From Nemertoderma westbladi (lineage: Eukaryota; Animalia; Xenacoelomorpha): 35,469 nt of DNA. Shown one piece after another: positions 33,996-35,469 of the stretch. How positions within the stretch are numbered: the stretch's first letter is position 1; every line of letters begins with the position of its first letter. The notes under the pieces were generated by a model. It was not told where the DNA came from, ran no database searches, and saw only the letters and a list, made by a program, of their open reading frames with translations. The stretch lies in contig JAUCBJ010005830.1 of the NCBI GenBank assembly GCA_032718475.1, positions 1 through 35,469 on the forward strand, given 5' to 3'. A program made the translations under genes and the position numbers.

Positions 33996-34226
33996 ATGGG
34001 GGAACTGGACGCAATAAAAATTCATCCCTCTCCAGGGGAAATTCGACGCAAATAACAAATGATTACTCTCAAAAATAAAACTGTAACCTGTTCTATTGTT
34101 TTAGTTTATTGTTTTGGTTAAAATAACGTACCAATGTAACCTGCTCCTTTCCCTAAATTTAGAATTTAACATTGAGGCGGGATATTAATTCGCCAAGATG
34201 GGATTTGCGTCCAGACCCCCCCCCCC
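33996..34226. mobile_element. ~230-bp MITE
   Basis: Inverted ends gggggaactggacgcaa / ttgcgtccagacccccc. Second copy at 13027-13190. Confidence 0.65.
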
Positions 34227-34413
34227 CTGTCTCTCTCGCGGTGATAGTGGCAGGTAGAACCTCCCACATAATTACTATAAATAGAAGCCTAAAGTACAAA
34301 TACAGTAGGCCTAATACTAATTGCATTTCATTCTACTTTGTTGTTTAGAGTAAATAAAAGAGCCGCTTCATGAATCACCACTGTCGTCTCCAATCTTATT
34401 TATTACTTTCTAG

Positions 34414-34635
34414 GACTGTCAGGCATCTCTCGGACATAGACTGCCGCTGTCGTCTTACCTACTGAAACCTGTTCAACGTATCACAAAATACCAACTAATA
34501 CTTCGGGAACTTATCAAGAACACTCCCTCTAGCGAAGTTACTTATGTTGACTTGGTTGACGCTTACGATACAATGGTTAATCTATTGAGGAATATTAACG
34601 ACATTATGCATCAGCAGGCCATTACGGGAATTCAG
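34414..34635 (+). CDS. MCF2L: MCF2L/Dbs-like exon (DH C-terminus), phase 0-0 (absent from the ORF track)
   Basis: tctAG|...|GTtggc. Encodes [33 protein letters not shown]...[18 protein letters not shown], containing the hallmark [13 protein letters not shown]. Confidence 0.96.
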
Positions 34636-35214
34636 GTTGGCCTACCAATACTCTGTTAGATTAGTGAACTATGTCCGTGTAATTATCATTGATTTTAGTA
34701 AAAGTACAATGTATAGTGGGTGGGTTGTAGCTTTTGATAAAGACTGATGGGGTTGGCACCTTGGCAGGCCCTAAAGATGTTAATTACTGATCGACTGTGC
34801 ATAAAAAGAATGAGCTTTACTGCTTTGCGAGAGCGCCGTACAGCACTTCAATCCCGGAGGCCACAAGTTGGATCCGACCGGGATTTCTATTGTGGCCAGC
34901 CGGCAGTGTTGTTATTTATCTCTTCCGCGTTTTGATGAACGAGGTCCCGGGAAAATTTAATTGCATTTTGTAACTAGGTCGCAAACCCATTATTATTAGG
35001 TTATGGCTTCCGCTCGGGGAGTGAGGAAGAAGGTTATGTAGTTAAAGCATTTAAACAATGAGATTGACGCCCACTGCGGTACAGGTAATTGCCAAAAGAA
35101 CGTACCATATTCCTGTGTTTCAGGTTTCACGTTCACATGTTTCTACCTTAAATTACGGAATGATCTAAAGATATAAATACTATATAATATATTAAGGTCT
35201 GTTCTTATGTATAG

Positions 35215-35427
35215 ATTGACAATGGATACTCTGGTAGACTAGTTACCCAAGGCCCTGTAAGTCTGTGGGTTAAACACAGAAGTTCCTCCGCTCTCCTAAC
35301 TGATATTCGATTCAGACCGATGAACCGACATCTCTTCCTCTACCAACACATCGCGGTTCTGTGTAAGAAACGCGAATCCTCGGACTCACAAGACGACTTG
35401 CAATATGTTTACAAGACTTCCTGGAGG
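35215..35427 (+). CDS. MCF2L: MCF2L/Dbs-like exon (PH domain), phase 0-0 (absent from the ORF track); the gene continues beyond the window
   Basis: atAG|...|GTAAGT. Encodes IDNGYSGRLVTQGPVSLWVKH...RFRPMNRHLFLYQHIAVLCKKRE...YVYKTSWR. Confidence 0.92.
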
Positions 35428-35469
35428 GTAAGTTCATTTATATGTAACTTATTTAATTAATTTATTGGA

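Overview
Eukaryotic (probably marine invertebrate) genomic DNA, not prokaryotic. The window is the middle of one spliced + strand gene for an MCF2L/Dbs-like RhoGEF. Eight GT-AG exons encode a spectrin repeat, a linker, the DH domain and the start of the PH domain, and their phases join into one frame. The introns are packed with nested transposable elements. These include an apparently intact, very young Ty3/Gypsy LTR retrotransposon (two 330-bp LTRs identical by eye, 4-bp TSD, tRNA-Pro PBS, one 1768-aa gag-pol ORF) and a full-length but frameshifted RTE LINE plus six antisense RTE fragments. There are also hAT, MULE-like, Harbinger-like and Helentron-like non-autonomous elements, minisatellites and two long palindromes. 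The most unusual observations are: (1) two unrelated TIR elements that both have CAGT...ACTG ends and 5-bp TSDs; (2) a probable dUTPase-like domain and a long acidic insert in the Gypsy pol; (3) a 150-bp-period array of CTCF-like motifs in a Helentron-like element; (4) strong enrichment of the palindromic words TAGGCCTA and TACCGGTA. I found no clear new multi-gene system. All coordinates were read by eye.
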